This document shows, piece by piece, positions 39,166-53,992 of a stretch of 64,000 nt of DNA. The stretch covers positions 495,995-559,994 of the forward strand of contig NW_027192211.1 of NCBI RefSeq assembly GCF_041956535.1, read 5' to 3'. The notes beneath the pieces were generated by a model. The model did not search any database. It was not told where the DNA came from and saw only the letters and a program-made list of their open reading frames with translations. Within the stretch, counting starts at the first letter, position 1. Every line of letters begins with the position of its first letter. The stretch comes from Calcarisporiella thermophila CBS 279.70. Taxonomy: Eukaryota; Fungi; Calcarisporiellomycota. Made by a program: the position numbers and the translations under genes.

Positions 39166-39518
39166 TGTGATTTATCAAAAAATGGCAATGAAATTTCGGA
39201 ATAAAAAGAATGACTTAAAGCCCCAATGAAGAAAGAGAGAAACACTTAAATAATAGAATAAATTCGATAAGGATTTAGATTAATGTGGGAACGGTCGTTA
39301 GAAGAGTCGAGAGTTCAGCAAGGGTTTATACACTTGACGCCACCCATGCTGTTCTAGATACCAACTTTAAGATATATTGGAACACTTATTGTATAAAATA
39401 AGTATAATGTGGCACAGTTTGTGACTGCCCTTTCTTTTGTCTTGTCGCTCGAACGCGAATCTAATATGCACTTGGCTCCTGTTGGTTTTCTCCGTATTTA
39501 TTCGAACCTATCGTGGAA

Positions 39519-41801
39519 ATGCGATTCTGCTCGAAATCCTTCGCATTTCTCTCTTTAATCTTAACTGGTTGTGCGGATGCTTTTGCAAGCAAGGAGGTTT
39601 TTAACGAAGAACTCCTAATCAAACCACTACGCGATGGAAAACAGCTCACGCATGCTCAATTCACAACGCGGTGGGATGCATCTGTACACTTAGAAGAGAC
39701 TGGTATGCCACAGTTTTCCATCTTTATCTTGAACCTAGCTAATATGTATGTTTCAGCTACGCACTATGGTTTATTTCCCAGAGCAATCGGCCAAGTACTT
39801 CAAAACTTTGGTGTCCATGAGCTACATCTCACTTTCACTCAAGGTCGCTGGGATTACGAGGAATGGGGTTATCCGATTTTCCCATCAGCAGGCAGAGGTG
39901 TGGAATTATGGGCAGTGATGGATGTGGTCGAGTAAATATTACTATCCTTACTTATATTATTATATTACGGAAACTCATCTCGATCGAAACTTTGTAGTGC
40001 GGATAGAAATTGGAAGAGTTTAACAAACACATTATCTGGACTCTTCTGTGCTTCTCTGAACTTTATTGATGATACCTTAACTGTAGAACCAAAACTCTCT
40101 TTTCGACATGATGATGAATTTGAGAGATGGCGAAGTAAGTGTATTTATCCTAGTACGTAGACACAAGCTATCTAGATTTCATGCGAGTGTATTTGCTTTT
40201 AATTAATTAGACCATAATGGTACCGTTCTGAGATATGGTGCCTTGGCACGCGAGAGCGTGTGCACTGAGAACCTGACACCCTGGATAAAGTTGCTACCAT
40301 GCAAGTCAAAGGTAGTATTTTCATGCCCCGTTTTTCCGGATCCAATAATCATCTTATCAAGATATTAAATTATATATCTAAAGTCTGGAATAGCCGCACT
40401 GTTGAATGCCTACAAGCACTATAACAGCAATTTCCACTCCATGGCCATTCATGCACGGCACTCTTGTTCAGATAAAGAGTGTAGTCATAAAGTTCTTGAA
40501 CTGGTGCAAACAGTAACCAGTGTGTTTGATCCTGTCCCGCGAACTGCAAAGCGAGGTTAGATTTTTCCTATTTTATATTTTCCCCATCAACTACTAATAG
40601 TCATTTTTCTACTCTAGACTGGTCAATTCGCTCCCTATTTGACAGAACTATTCAGGGTGCCTGCCCCGTTGCCTCGTCATCTCGCTTACTCGTAATGCTC
40701 CCTGAAGACCCTTCTACATATAGTCTCTCACAGCCTCCATCGGAAGTTTTCGATTCCTCTTCTCAAGAAAATTCAGTAAATCGCAAAATAGCAGTCTACG
40801 ACTTGAAACAGATACAGGGTGACTTTGACTTGAGCATGAATTGGAATGAGGAAAAATTCGAGTATTCCACCAAAAAAGAGCCATTGGCAAGATTGGTTGC
40901 TCATCGGTCAATAACAGGTCGGTAAAAAATAAGAATGATTGCGATCAACCACCTTCGTTCAGTGTAAATCGATAACTTTTATTCATTACGTTAGGCTATG
41001 GGCAGGAGCGTGGGGGTATAACTGTCAGAATCGAGAATCAAAGTGCAGAATCTTTGTCTGTTACTTATTTTGATGCAGTACCTTGGTTCCTGCGCTTATA
41101 TCTGCACACGCTTAATGTGAAAGTTCTCAATTCTTCCTCCGCTCTCCACAATAACTCTACGACCCACCAGAAAGACCTCGTAGAAAAAATATTCTATCAG
41201 CAGGCAAAGGATCGGGAGCGGCCCGCACTGATAGAAATGATTGCAACGGTTCCACCCAGAAGCGTGGTCGCCGTGTCTATCGATTTTGATATGGCATTTT
41301 TGAAGTATACTGAGCACCGCCCAGATGCGAACCGAGGCTTTGATATCGGGTAATAATCGAGGCTAAAATTTGATCGATATAGCTGGCTAATGGGATGTTT
41401 GTATATAGCCCTGCTGTTGTGATGGCATCTCTATCGGACAGTCAGGACTTCATCTTCCCTCAGAACTATGGATTTTCTCCTCTTACCCTTGGCCAAAGGT
41501 AAATGTTTCTCTTTAACCCAACTCTTTTAGCTGTAGTAACAATACGTATTCGATAACAATTTAAATTTTCAGGTCGACGTCTGTTGTCCAGACATGTCGA
41601 GTGTATACCGAGAATCTTCTCGTCTCTCTTCCTACCCCTGATTTCAGTATGCCCTACAATGTCATTACGCTGACATGTACAGTTATTGCGATGGCTTTTG
41701 GATTTATATTCAATTTAATCACAAGACGGTTTGTGTTAGTGGAGGAGGAGGAGAAGCAGAAGAAGAAAGAAAAGGAGGAAGTAGAGAAAAAAGTTACCTA
41801 G
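39519..41801 (+). CDS. GPI16: GPI transamidase subunit Gpi16/PIG-T
   Basis: [63 protein letters not shown] and [19 protein letters not shown]. Confidence 0.95.
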
Positions 41802-42329
41802 TTGTTATTTTTCATCATTTGTTCATTTCCTTCAAAATGCAAAATATGTTATAATATATAAGAGCCGTTTCGCTTTGTAACCTGCTGGAAAGCCTTGAAA
41901 ATATCTATTATATATATCTGTTCATATTTTATCAATCTTGATTGAAGAAAGATTCAAAAGTGATATGAAAGATTATCCTAATCAACTTTTTTTTCAATCT
42001 ACGGCTTTCGCCCATAATCCAGCACAGCTGGACGCAGTTGTACGCTTGATGGAATAGCACATGTGATCACCAATAACATAGACTATTGTGGTTGTGAATC
42101 GATTCAGTAGCCATGGTAATAGTACGACACAGTATTCCAAATGATTTGAGGACTACAAGTTCTCTGCCCGAGAAAGGGTGCCCTGGAAAACACAACGTTT
42201 GTAATATTTACAGCCGTTTAGGTGGGGAAATATCCTTATTAGAACGGTTAAAATAACCAGGATTATATACTATATATACACAAAAGAAACAATGGTAGTG
42301 TCCAAATGCAAGATTTCGTCCGGTAGTTC

Positions 42330-43510
42330 TCATTCGTTATAAAGGTCATACTCTAGCCGTGGTCGTTTTCTTGTTGGCCACGTGTGTGAATCTCTATTCT
42401 GCCCGGACATTGGGGTAGAAGAGGGTTGCCGGAGTTGTGCTGGTGGTGGAGGGGAATACCGTGGGGGCGAGGATTCTTCATTAGGCCGGTCGTAATCATG
42501 GTGATAAAATCTACCCCCTCCTCCTCGCCCTCCCCTAATATTACCCCCAGCCCCTCTTCCTCGACCACTTCCTCTTCCACCGCCACCGTTTGACTTTCTT
42601 CCTTTTCCTCGATCACTCTGGGGTGCTGTAGATAAAGATTTACGTTCGTTATTTCCACCCCCATTACCACCACCTCTATTTTTCCCACGTGTTCCACGAG
42701 CAGGTCCTTTAGCACCTCGCGTTGGACGATTAGGCTCACCGTCCCGCTCTCGTTTGGGTGTCGGTGGAGGCGGTGGTGTTGGTTCTTTGGTAGGAAGTGG
42801 TTGTCCAGGTAAGAGTGGAATCTGGAAAAATGGGAAAACTTAGTACGATGTCAAACCTGGAATAAAGAAAATTCGGATGACAAACCATCACACCAGGCTT
42901 ATTTGGATCGGGTGCCCAAGTATAATCGCTCATCCTAGGATTCTCGACAAAGAGCATGGTATCTCTAGAATAGGTATCCAAGTAATGAGGACAAAATGTT
43001 CAAAAAAAGCGAAAAATGCAAAATGCAACTTACTCGCCAATTCGTTTGACTTTACCATATTTTGCAGTTGTAAGCTGTAGCGACCCGCGGAATAATTTTG
43101 CCTCGCTGTTTTGTCAGAAACAGTTAGATATACGTCGTGTGCTCAATAAAATTTAAAAAGTCATACCCTCCAATTATACGTAGTATGTCACCCTGCTTTA
43201 TAAATTTGCCCATTTCACCCCATATACTCATAGTGATGGTGCCTGAGATGTCGGCAACCAGGAACCAGTAGATGCTCTGGCCATTATGAATTATACGGGG
43301 CTGTTGCGCTGTTCATGAACATGCGAGAACTAGTCATTAGGGATGGAGAGTAACCTAACCTAAACATATCTCAAAACCATTCTCACCTTTTTCCAACACG
43401 ATCACTTCACAATCAAAGCCACGCATTTGCGGGCGCATTTCAGCAATAGGGAGCAATCGTTTCTCGGTAGAGGCGTTAAAGCCACTTCCGGGCAGAGGAA
43501 CAAGATTCAT
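42330..43510 (-). CDS. SOSS-B/NABP (hSSB1-like) OB-fold ssDNA-binding protein with Gly/Arg-rich tail
   Basis: Manual exons give IAEMRPQMRGFDCEVIVLEK / FLVADISGTITMSIWGEMGKFIKQGDILRI / GEAKLFRGSLQL...GKVKRIG / EDTMLFVENPRMS, then a Pro-rich and RGG-rich C-terminus. Confidence 0.82.
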
Positions 43511-44499
43511 TTAATGTTCCGACCACGAGGGATTGGCTGAGGTTGTGGGCAAAAAGAGGGAGAGGAAATTTGTTTCTGATATTTAGTTGAAATTTTTATT
43601 TCTGAGTTGAAATCAGGCTTTCTCTCCCGCTGAATTTATTTTCTCTAAATATTTGTATAATTCGCGGAGAAAACGATGGCTTGGGCTTCTGTAATTCAAA
43701 TTATGGGTAGCGAATTTTTTTTATTTCCGATTTCTCTAGCCAAAACTTTTTGTACTGATAACCATAGACCTCCAATGATTCATTACTGCTAGACCCTCAG
43801 TTCATCCTCTTCCATACATCACACACATACACGGCTGATGTCTAGGAGGAAAGAGCTGAGAAACCCTTGTGACAATTGAGTGAATTATTTTCCAGCTCAT
43901 TCTCTAGTAAATTGCAAAGATTAATTGCAACGAAATCGTATTCAAAACTGTACAGCTAAATGACAGAATTGTATGCGATGAAAACAGTCAGTAATTAGAG
44001 TGATAGGTGTTAAAACTTCTCATCGATGAATAATTGACATTAGAAATGATCAAAAGCAAGTTTCTCAAGGAACAAAGAACTAGAAGTTAGCAACAATCGA
44101 CACGCGCACCATGCAAATAGTTATAGTTGTAACTGCCGACTTACTTTTGTAGTTTTGGTCAATTTTCTTCAAAACTTTTAAGTCTATGCTTTATCACCGA
44201 TAAAGAGTGTATTTTTAGAAGACTTGAGGCTCTAACATAATCACATACAGCATAATCAAGATATAATAAATGGAGTATAAATGAATTGACGATCAAGCTA
44301 TTCCACAATAGTTAGCACATCTTGCAATTAAAACTCGAAGGCATTCTGCACCTATGCTCTATGATAAAAAAAAAGCAAGACCAAATTTTAAATTTACTCT
44401 TCAAACAGTGAGATATGGGAAGAGACTGTAGTGGGTAAAAATGCAATAATAAGCGATTAGCAAAACACAACCTGTTATCGAGTGTAAAATGGGAGATTA

Positions 44500-46049
44500 A
44501 TGGGAAACTACTTTATTAGGCAGCGTTTACGTATATTTAAAGGTTGGGATCGGCTTGTCAATTATAAGATTCTTCCGAATAGAAAATGATAGTTGTTGGC
44601 TCATCCGTAGATTAAATTTCTCATTACTGGTTCGATTGTGCTTACAAATATTTGACATACAATTTTTATGGCTCAACATCATTGAATAAAGCGCAGGCCA
44701 TCGGTTGGTAATCTTTTGGATATATTTGCTTGCTTTATGCCTTCATTTATAGCAGTACATTGAAATACTCGTTGAAAACCTGAAAAGAGCAATCTGTCAA
44801 AATTCTCGATCATTTTATGGTTTCCTTCTCCGATGAGAGGGTAGGTGCAACTCTTACTTTGCCTACTTATATATGCATCATGCTATAAAGAGCTATGTAC
44901 ATCGATTATATCAGTATCAGTTTTTCTCTTCATCCTATATAATAATAAAAACAACATTGATCAAACCAAAAAAACTAAATAGTGAAGCTAAAATCCGTAC
45001 ATCATGAACTGCAATCAATTGTATACCATCATATTCGTATGATTCAACTATAGACGATGCAGAACCCAATTTCGACTGCATTTGTTGAATACGATACAAA
45101 TCACAAGTGTAACAAGCGTTTAATTAGTGGCTATAGTTACGGCTTCTTTTTGCTGCAAGCTTTCCTCATCGCAATTTTCAGGAATGATTCTTTGAGGATT
45201 ATCGAGTAATGTGTCACAATATTCATTGAATGAAATTTCAGCGACTGAACTGCTTGAAGTCCGTGTGATACTACAGGGAAGTACAATAGGAGAGCTGAAT
45301 TCACGCTTGATCTTTATATTCAAAACAATTAATGGGTATAATTAAAAATAGTGTACAATAGAAGCACATTTAAATACATATGGCCAAAGACAAATACCCT
45401 TTTATTATCCACAGAGCAATTGTTTTCAGGAGAAGCAACACGCTTAGCTCTATCCCTATTCCACTTCTCGATACGTCGATCCACTAATTTAGGTCATCAG
45501 CTATGGGTTGCAAGTTGACGCAATAGATAGCACAATATCAAGATCATATACCAAGCTGTTCATCCGACTCTGAAGAGTCAGCGTGACTCAATGCTCTAGC
45601 ATAGGATCCCGTCTTCTCTCGAGTCACGTTCTTGTAATATTTTCCAAGGCCAATCCAGTCAGGAACTTCAAGTAGGAGTTGTCTTTTCAATTCAAAGTCT
45701 TCAGGCTCTAATTCAATATATCAGTTGAATATATGCGTATTATCTCCCTATATGTCTAATATGAAACCCTTAGCCTGAATTTCCAATCTTTGATTCGTAG
45801 TAGAATGACTCAAAAAAGAGGCCCAATGACTCCCATTTATTAGCCAATTACTCCCGAATAGGGGTGCGTCGACTTGCGCTTTTTGTGGGTGTTTACGGTG
45901 ATTTTTTGGATATTTTTTTGTAAGGCGACCACGGTGAAATCTACGTGAGTTTCTAAGGTGATATGCGCGGAAAATCGTTTAAAATAGTAGATATTAGAGC
46001 GTATCAATATGATGATGATATACCCAGCTGGGATACCAGCCCTATTCAT
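44500..46049 (-). CDS. putative multi-exon hypothetical gene (3' end uncertain)
   Basis: ATG 46049 (MNRAGIPAG), then GT-AG-bounded open segments: NSRRFHRGRLTKK..., ELKRQLLLEVPDWIGLGKYY and IKREFSSPIVL. Confidence 0.35.
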
Positions 46050-46278
46050 CTCGGAAACGAGGATAAGAAACGAAAAATAGGGTAAAAGAATCGATTTTGA
46101 TTCAAAAAAAGTAAAAAATTTGATCCAGTGGCTTATGAACTGTGAAAAGTGTTCTTAATGCTTTAATACATTTAAAGAATAAATAAACTATACAAATGGT
46201 TATACTAGAAGAAATGAGAGCCAAGTTGTGGGAAATTATCCAAGATATCGCTAATAAAAAAATACCAATAATCATCTG

Positions 46279-48777
<2,499 letters not shown>

Positions 48778-49346
48778 TTTACGCGTTTTGAATCTGAAAA
48801 TGTTGGTGGAATGAAGATATGGGTAACACGCAAAGTAAAGAGTATTTTAATAACGCGTAATGAGAAATAAAAGGTTCAGGAAGAAAGGGAGATTTCATCA
48901 AATAAAAAGAGCTGAAATCAAAATCGTTGAAGCATAACCTCTTTCGAAAAAACATCCGTCGCTAATTTCCTCCGAGTATATCGCGAATTACAGCACAAGC
49001 TTGGTGACATCATTGGATATCTCCATAAATTTGGCATTGCCACTCTTATTTTTGGAAGAGGGATTTCGGTTAAGGTAAACATCGTACCAAAAGATAAATC
49101 ATATTCTCATGATATTTGATAATGTTAATGGTCACCCTTTAATAATTTATCAAACAATTCTAATTGTACATATAATTTTCTGTAGCAAAAATGCTTAAAA
49201 GCTAATCAAATTACCAATGATGGTTTTCGTATTAAGAGAGAGATCTACGATGATTAGTATGTGGCTAAGTATTTCATTTTTGGCCACTCAATTCCAACTA
49301 TGTGAAATCTATATCTTGTTCTTATACACAAGTGCTAGAAACTTAT

Positions 49347-50607
49347 ATGGGCGATACATCACACTTTCTAATCGAGTTCCTCCACTGCAGCAGCTGCTAT
49401 GCAGATTTTGAATCTTCAGGTTCTAAGAAGCTCTATCTCTGCGAGTGTGGTCACTTTTTGTGTGAAGTTTGCATACGGAGAGAATCCCAAGGTATTTTGT
49501 TCAATATATGCGTGAGATATAAAACCATACAACACCCGAAAGTCATCGTAAACCTCCGCTATAACTAGAAGGATCAGATGGATTACGTCTAACTCAAAAA
49601 GTACATTGTTCAATATGTCACGATGAATTTACGGCAGTAGATATTAGTAACGGGGTAAGTCATTTTCAGGTTCTATGCGTTATCTAACCCTTTAATCGGA
49701 ATTGCATAAAGAATACCAACGGACAATGTAGCTCTATTAAAATGCTTCGTATTTATTTTTGGTAACTAGCCCCCAGAGCACATCCAGCGCTTCTTTCGAC
49801 CCGCTCAGTTCGCCGCTGGTGAAGCATACGAGATACTTCGATTTCAACACTCTCATCTCGTCAATCTCACTCGTTTTCTGAAAAGACGAGTCGATAGTCA
49901 GCACAAGTTATTAGAGCGTGCTCGAGAAAATCTCTTGAAAGTGAAACCTATGAAAGCGTAATAATAGCCTCCTCACATTGTCCGCATATAGTCTTTTTAG
50001 CATTTTTTTTGTATCAGGATTATGAAAGAGCTGAAAGAAGAAAATACGATGCTTCGAAAGTTTATATCAGAAACACAGTCAATTAAGTCCCTCGTGCTTG
50101 GAACTGACCAGGCTTCTCCAGAGTTAATGCAAAGGTTCCCTTCACATAAGCACCAATTGATATCAACAAAACCTATATATGGGGATAATTCAGGGTAGGC
50201 CTTAACTTTGGCCATTCATATTTTTTCATCGAATTGAATAGGAAAATGTATATTTATATATAGGTCTGCCACTATCACTTCTCAGGATGGGTATCAAGTA
50301 AAGACCCTGAACTTACCAAGATTAATTTCACCAAATAAAATGATCTAATCTATATTATTTTATACTGTGAATATAATATTAATATTAGTAAAATATTCAA
50401 GGGAAAGATGTGTTTAGGTAATCTTCTGATCCAATCTTCCAAAATAATAGCCAGCAGCTTGGAGATGGAACACCACTACAACCCACTTCATCAAACCAGG
50501 CTGCAAACCCAAGTGCAATTGTAACCACCACAACTCCCTTATTAACTACTCAAGATACTTCTGAGTCCATTGAATGTATTGATCTATCTTCTGAGAAAGT
50601 AAACTAA
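49347..50607 (+). CDS. RNF212/Zip3-like meiotic RING + coiled-coil protein
   Basis: LHCSSC...LYLCECGHFLCEVC...HCSICH RING, then PPEHIQRFFRP...FQHSHL and a coiled coil with an S/T-rich tail. 3' exons are approximate. Confidence 0.65.
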
Positions 50608-51030
50608 AAAGGTTGATCTTTTTTTATATGGTGCTGTAAAAGACTGATGAATCTTTAACGCTTTATTTTGTAATGTTTTATCCGACCTTTATAATTTTAC
50701 ATAGCGTATGTTGCCACATTCATGATAATTTTCTTGCTATCCTAGGACCATCAAATAATATACGCTTTATCCAAGGTAGTTCTAAACGGCTAGAGCATGG
50801 AAACTACCAGATTGGAGTTTGGGTGGTATCAATCCATTTGGAAATACTTTAAATTTTTGAAATTAGTTTCTACCTTTTTTGCCAAATTCCTACTTGCTAT
50901 TCAAGTTGAATAAAGTGGCGCATTTTCTTTCAATGGCTACATTGTTTACGATAACCCTTGAACTACTAAATCATTATTTAAACGCCTTTGGATTTTTTTT
51001 GTCGCGGCGATTTAATCATAACTTGTAGCA

Positions 51031-53073
51031 ATGGCGGGCGACAAACTCACAAGAATTGCCATTGTCAACAATGACAAGTGTAAACCCAAAAAATGTCGAC
51101 AAGAATGTAAAAAATCATGTCCTGTGAACCGAATGGGTACTTTAAAAATTTTTTTTAATCCAAAAGATATTTATATTTATACGTATTTAATTGCATCTTT
51201 CGACAGGAAAACTTTGCATTGAAGTCACCCCCGAATCGAAAATCTCTTTTATTTCTGAAGAACTCTGCATTGGTTGTGGTATTTGTGTGAAGAAATGCCC
51301 ATTCGGTGCGATTAACATTGTCAATCTTCCAACTAATCTCGAGAAGGACACGACCCATCGTTATTCTGCCAACGCTTTTAAGCTACATAGGCTTCCTGTC
51401 CCACGACCTGGCCAAGTTCTTGGGTTGGTTGGGACTAATGGTATCGGAAAGAGTACGGCTTTGAAGATCTTAGCTGGAAAGTTGAAGCCCAATCTTGGTA
51501 AATATGATGTAAGTATCCATCACAAAATTCTATTTTTTCCGAAATCTTCTCTTTTATGATATTCCGGGAGATATCTGGTGTACTAATATCTATCATGCAT
51601 TTTTTAGAACCCACCTGATTGGCAAGACGTTCTTAAGTATTTCCGCGGTAGTGAACTGCAGAATTTCTTCACAAAGATTCTCGAAGACAACTTAAAGGCC
51701 ATCATCAAACCCCAATACGTTGATCATATCCCTAAAGCTGTACGTGGCACTGTTACAGACCTAATTGATGCCAAGCTCGACCGCAATAACAAGCAGGAGC
51801 TTATCGAGGCTTTGGATTTGCAAGACGTGCTTTCCCGTAAAGTGGAGCAGCTATCTGGCGGTGAATTACAACGCTTTGCAATTGCAGTAGTATGTGTGCA
51901 AAAAGCTGATATGTAAGTCGACCCTAAAAAAACGAGAGATATTTTTTATTATGCTAATTCACTTGCGATTTCTTTAACTATAGCTATATGTTCGACGAGC
52001 CATCTTCTTACTTGGATGTGAAGCAACGTCTTAACGCTGCCCGTACGATCCGTACCCTGTTACAACCTACCGTATATGTAATTGTGGTAGAGCACGACTT
52101 GTCAGTCCTGGACTATTTGTCCGATTTTATCTGCTTGCTCTATGGTATGCCATCCGTGTACGGTGTCGTCACCCTTCCTCTCTCTGTGCGTGAGGGTATC
52201 AATGTATTCTTAGATGGCAAGATCCCGACTGAGAACTTGAGATTCCGTGAAGAATCCCTCACATTTAAGTTGGCGGAGTCTGCAGACGATCAACAAGTAG
52301 AGCGTAACCGATTGTACAAGTACCCGCCCATGGTTAAACAACTCGGAGATTTCAAACTGTCTATCGATGGAGGTAATTTCACGGATTCTGAAATTATTGT
52401 GATGCTTGGTCAAAATGGTACGGGCAAGACCACCTTTATTCGTCTGCTGGCTGGCAAGCTCAAGGCCGATGGTAACGAGCAAGTCCCTGAGCTCAATGTC
52501 AGCTATAAGCCGCAGAAGATTAGCCCGACCTTCCAGGGTACAGTGCGCATGTTGCTTCTTAAGAAGATCAAAGCGATGTTTATGCACCCACAGTTCCAGA
52601 CCGATGTCGTGAAGCCTTTGCAGATCGAAAGCATCATCGACAACGATGTGCAGACTTTGTCTGGTGGTGAGTTGCAGCGTGTTGCTATCGTGCTCTGCTT
52701 GGGTCAACCCGCCGACGTTTACCTGATCGATGAGCCGTCAGCCTACCTGGATTCGGAGCAACGTATCATCGCAGCTAAAGTTATCAAACGCTTCGTATTG
52801 CATTATAAGCGCACTGCATTCATCGTAGAGCACGATTTCATCATGGCAACTTATCTTGCGGATCGTGTCGTGGTCTACGACGGTACTCCCTCGGTGGAAG
52901 CACACGCATGCTCCCCTCAATCGCTTCTCACGGGAATGAATAAGTTCCTTGCGAGCCTTGAGATCACCTTCCGTCGTGATCCGACAAATTACCGTCCCAG
53001 AATCAATAAGTCTGATTCAGTAAAGGATAAGGAGCAGAAGGCCACTGGAAACTATTTCTTCATGGACGAGTAA
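51031..53073 (+). CDS. RLI1: ABCE1/Rli1 Fe-S ribosome recycling ATPase
   Basis: [37 protein letters not shown], and two ABC cassettes (GTNGIGKST; GQNGTGKTT; LSGGELQR; DEPS). Confidence 0.98.
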
Positions 53074-53546
53074 ATAGGCGAATGCTTTGTATAGAGTAAT
53101 TCTCTTGAGCGTCTTCTAAATTTTAACATTTTTTTTTCTTCTCTTTTCCTCGCTTCTTCTTCTTGTACTTTGGGATTCCTCCACTTTATCCTACTTTTTC
53201 CCCAATTTTGAATAAGTAGCGAAAAAAAAGACTCATGTATGAAAATATCTTACTAAAAATGATATTCTTTCCCACCCCTCTCTCTGCTATTGTTTCTTTT
53301 TTTTTTTTCCTTTTATTTCTTTCTTATTATTAGGTAAGAATGGTTAAATTACTTATATTGGATCATAAGAAATTAAAAATTGTGAACATATGCTTACTCT
53401 ATTAATAAACAAAGAAAAAGAAATGACAATACACCGAGAGACAATGCAAGGGCGGATTCTAAATGGTAGCGCTCTTCTAATTTCAGCCCTAAGCTTATGT
53501 GCAGGAGACAACGGAGACTAGAAATCCAACCACAATTCCAATCAAG

Positions 53547-53820
53547 TAGGTTAGCGTTAGATGAAATACGCCACGGGTCGATTTTGTGGATCGTGCGAGG
53601 ATTATTGTCGACGGCACGGAGCACTCCTCGAGGTCAGTCTACAAGGTCTACTTGGATGCGATCGCCGCGTCTTAAGCGCTGATCGCTCGGTCAGGGAGTC
53701 AACCTAATCACACTATCAACCGAGGGATCCCCGTGGCTCTGCATGGCCATTCCCCTCGTCCCTGATTTCTATTCGCCCCATGGCCGCTACGCTACAACCT
53801 TCCGGGGTGACCCTAACCTA
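53547..53820. ncRNA. candidate structured ncRNA or miniature inverted-repeat element
   Basis: GC-rich intergenic island with complementary ends (TAGGTTAG/CTAACCTA) and several nested perfect stems. No family identified. Confidence 0.4.
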
Positions 53821-53992
53821 ATGTTAATTATTCAATCCAAACCACTAGGTTTCTCCCGTTGCGTGGCAATGATACACAACATAAATTAAACGCGTTATAC
53901 CTCATGAAATTAGGACAAAGCCTCTGGTCGGTTATCAATCTTTTTTTACTCTTCTGTGTATTCCCCTAATTCTGTAATTCTTTCTAGGGATA

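Noticed and set aside
53700-53820. AACCTAA / CCCTAACCTA as a telomerase RNA template
   Set aside because: Not a proper 1.5-repeat TTAGGG template (CTAACCCTAA), and the latter copy is part of the closing stem.
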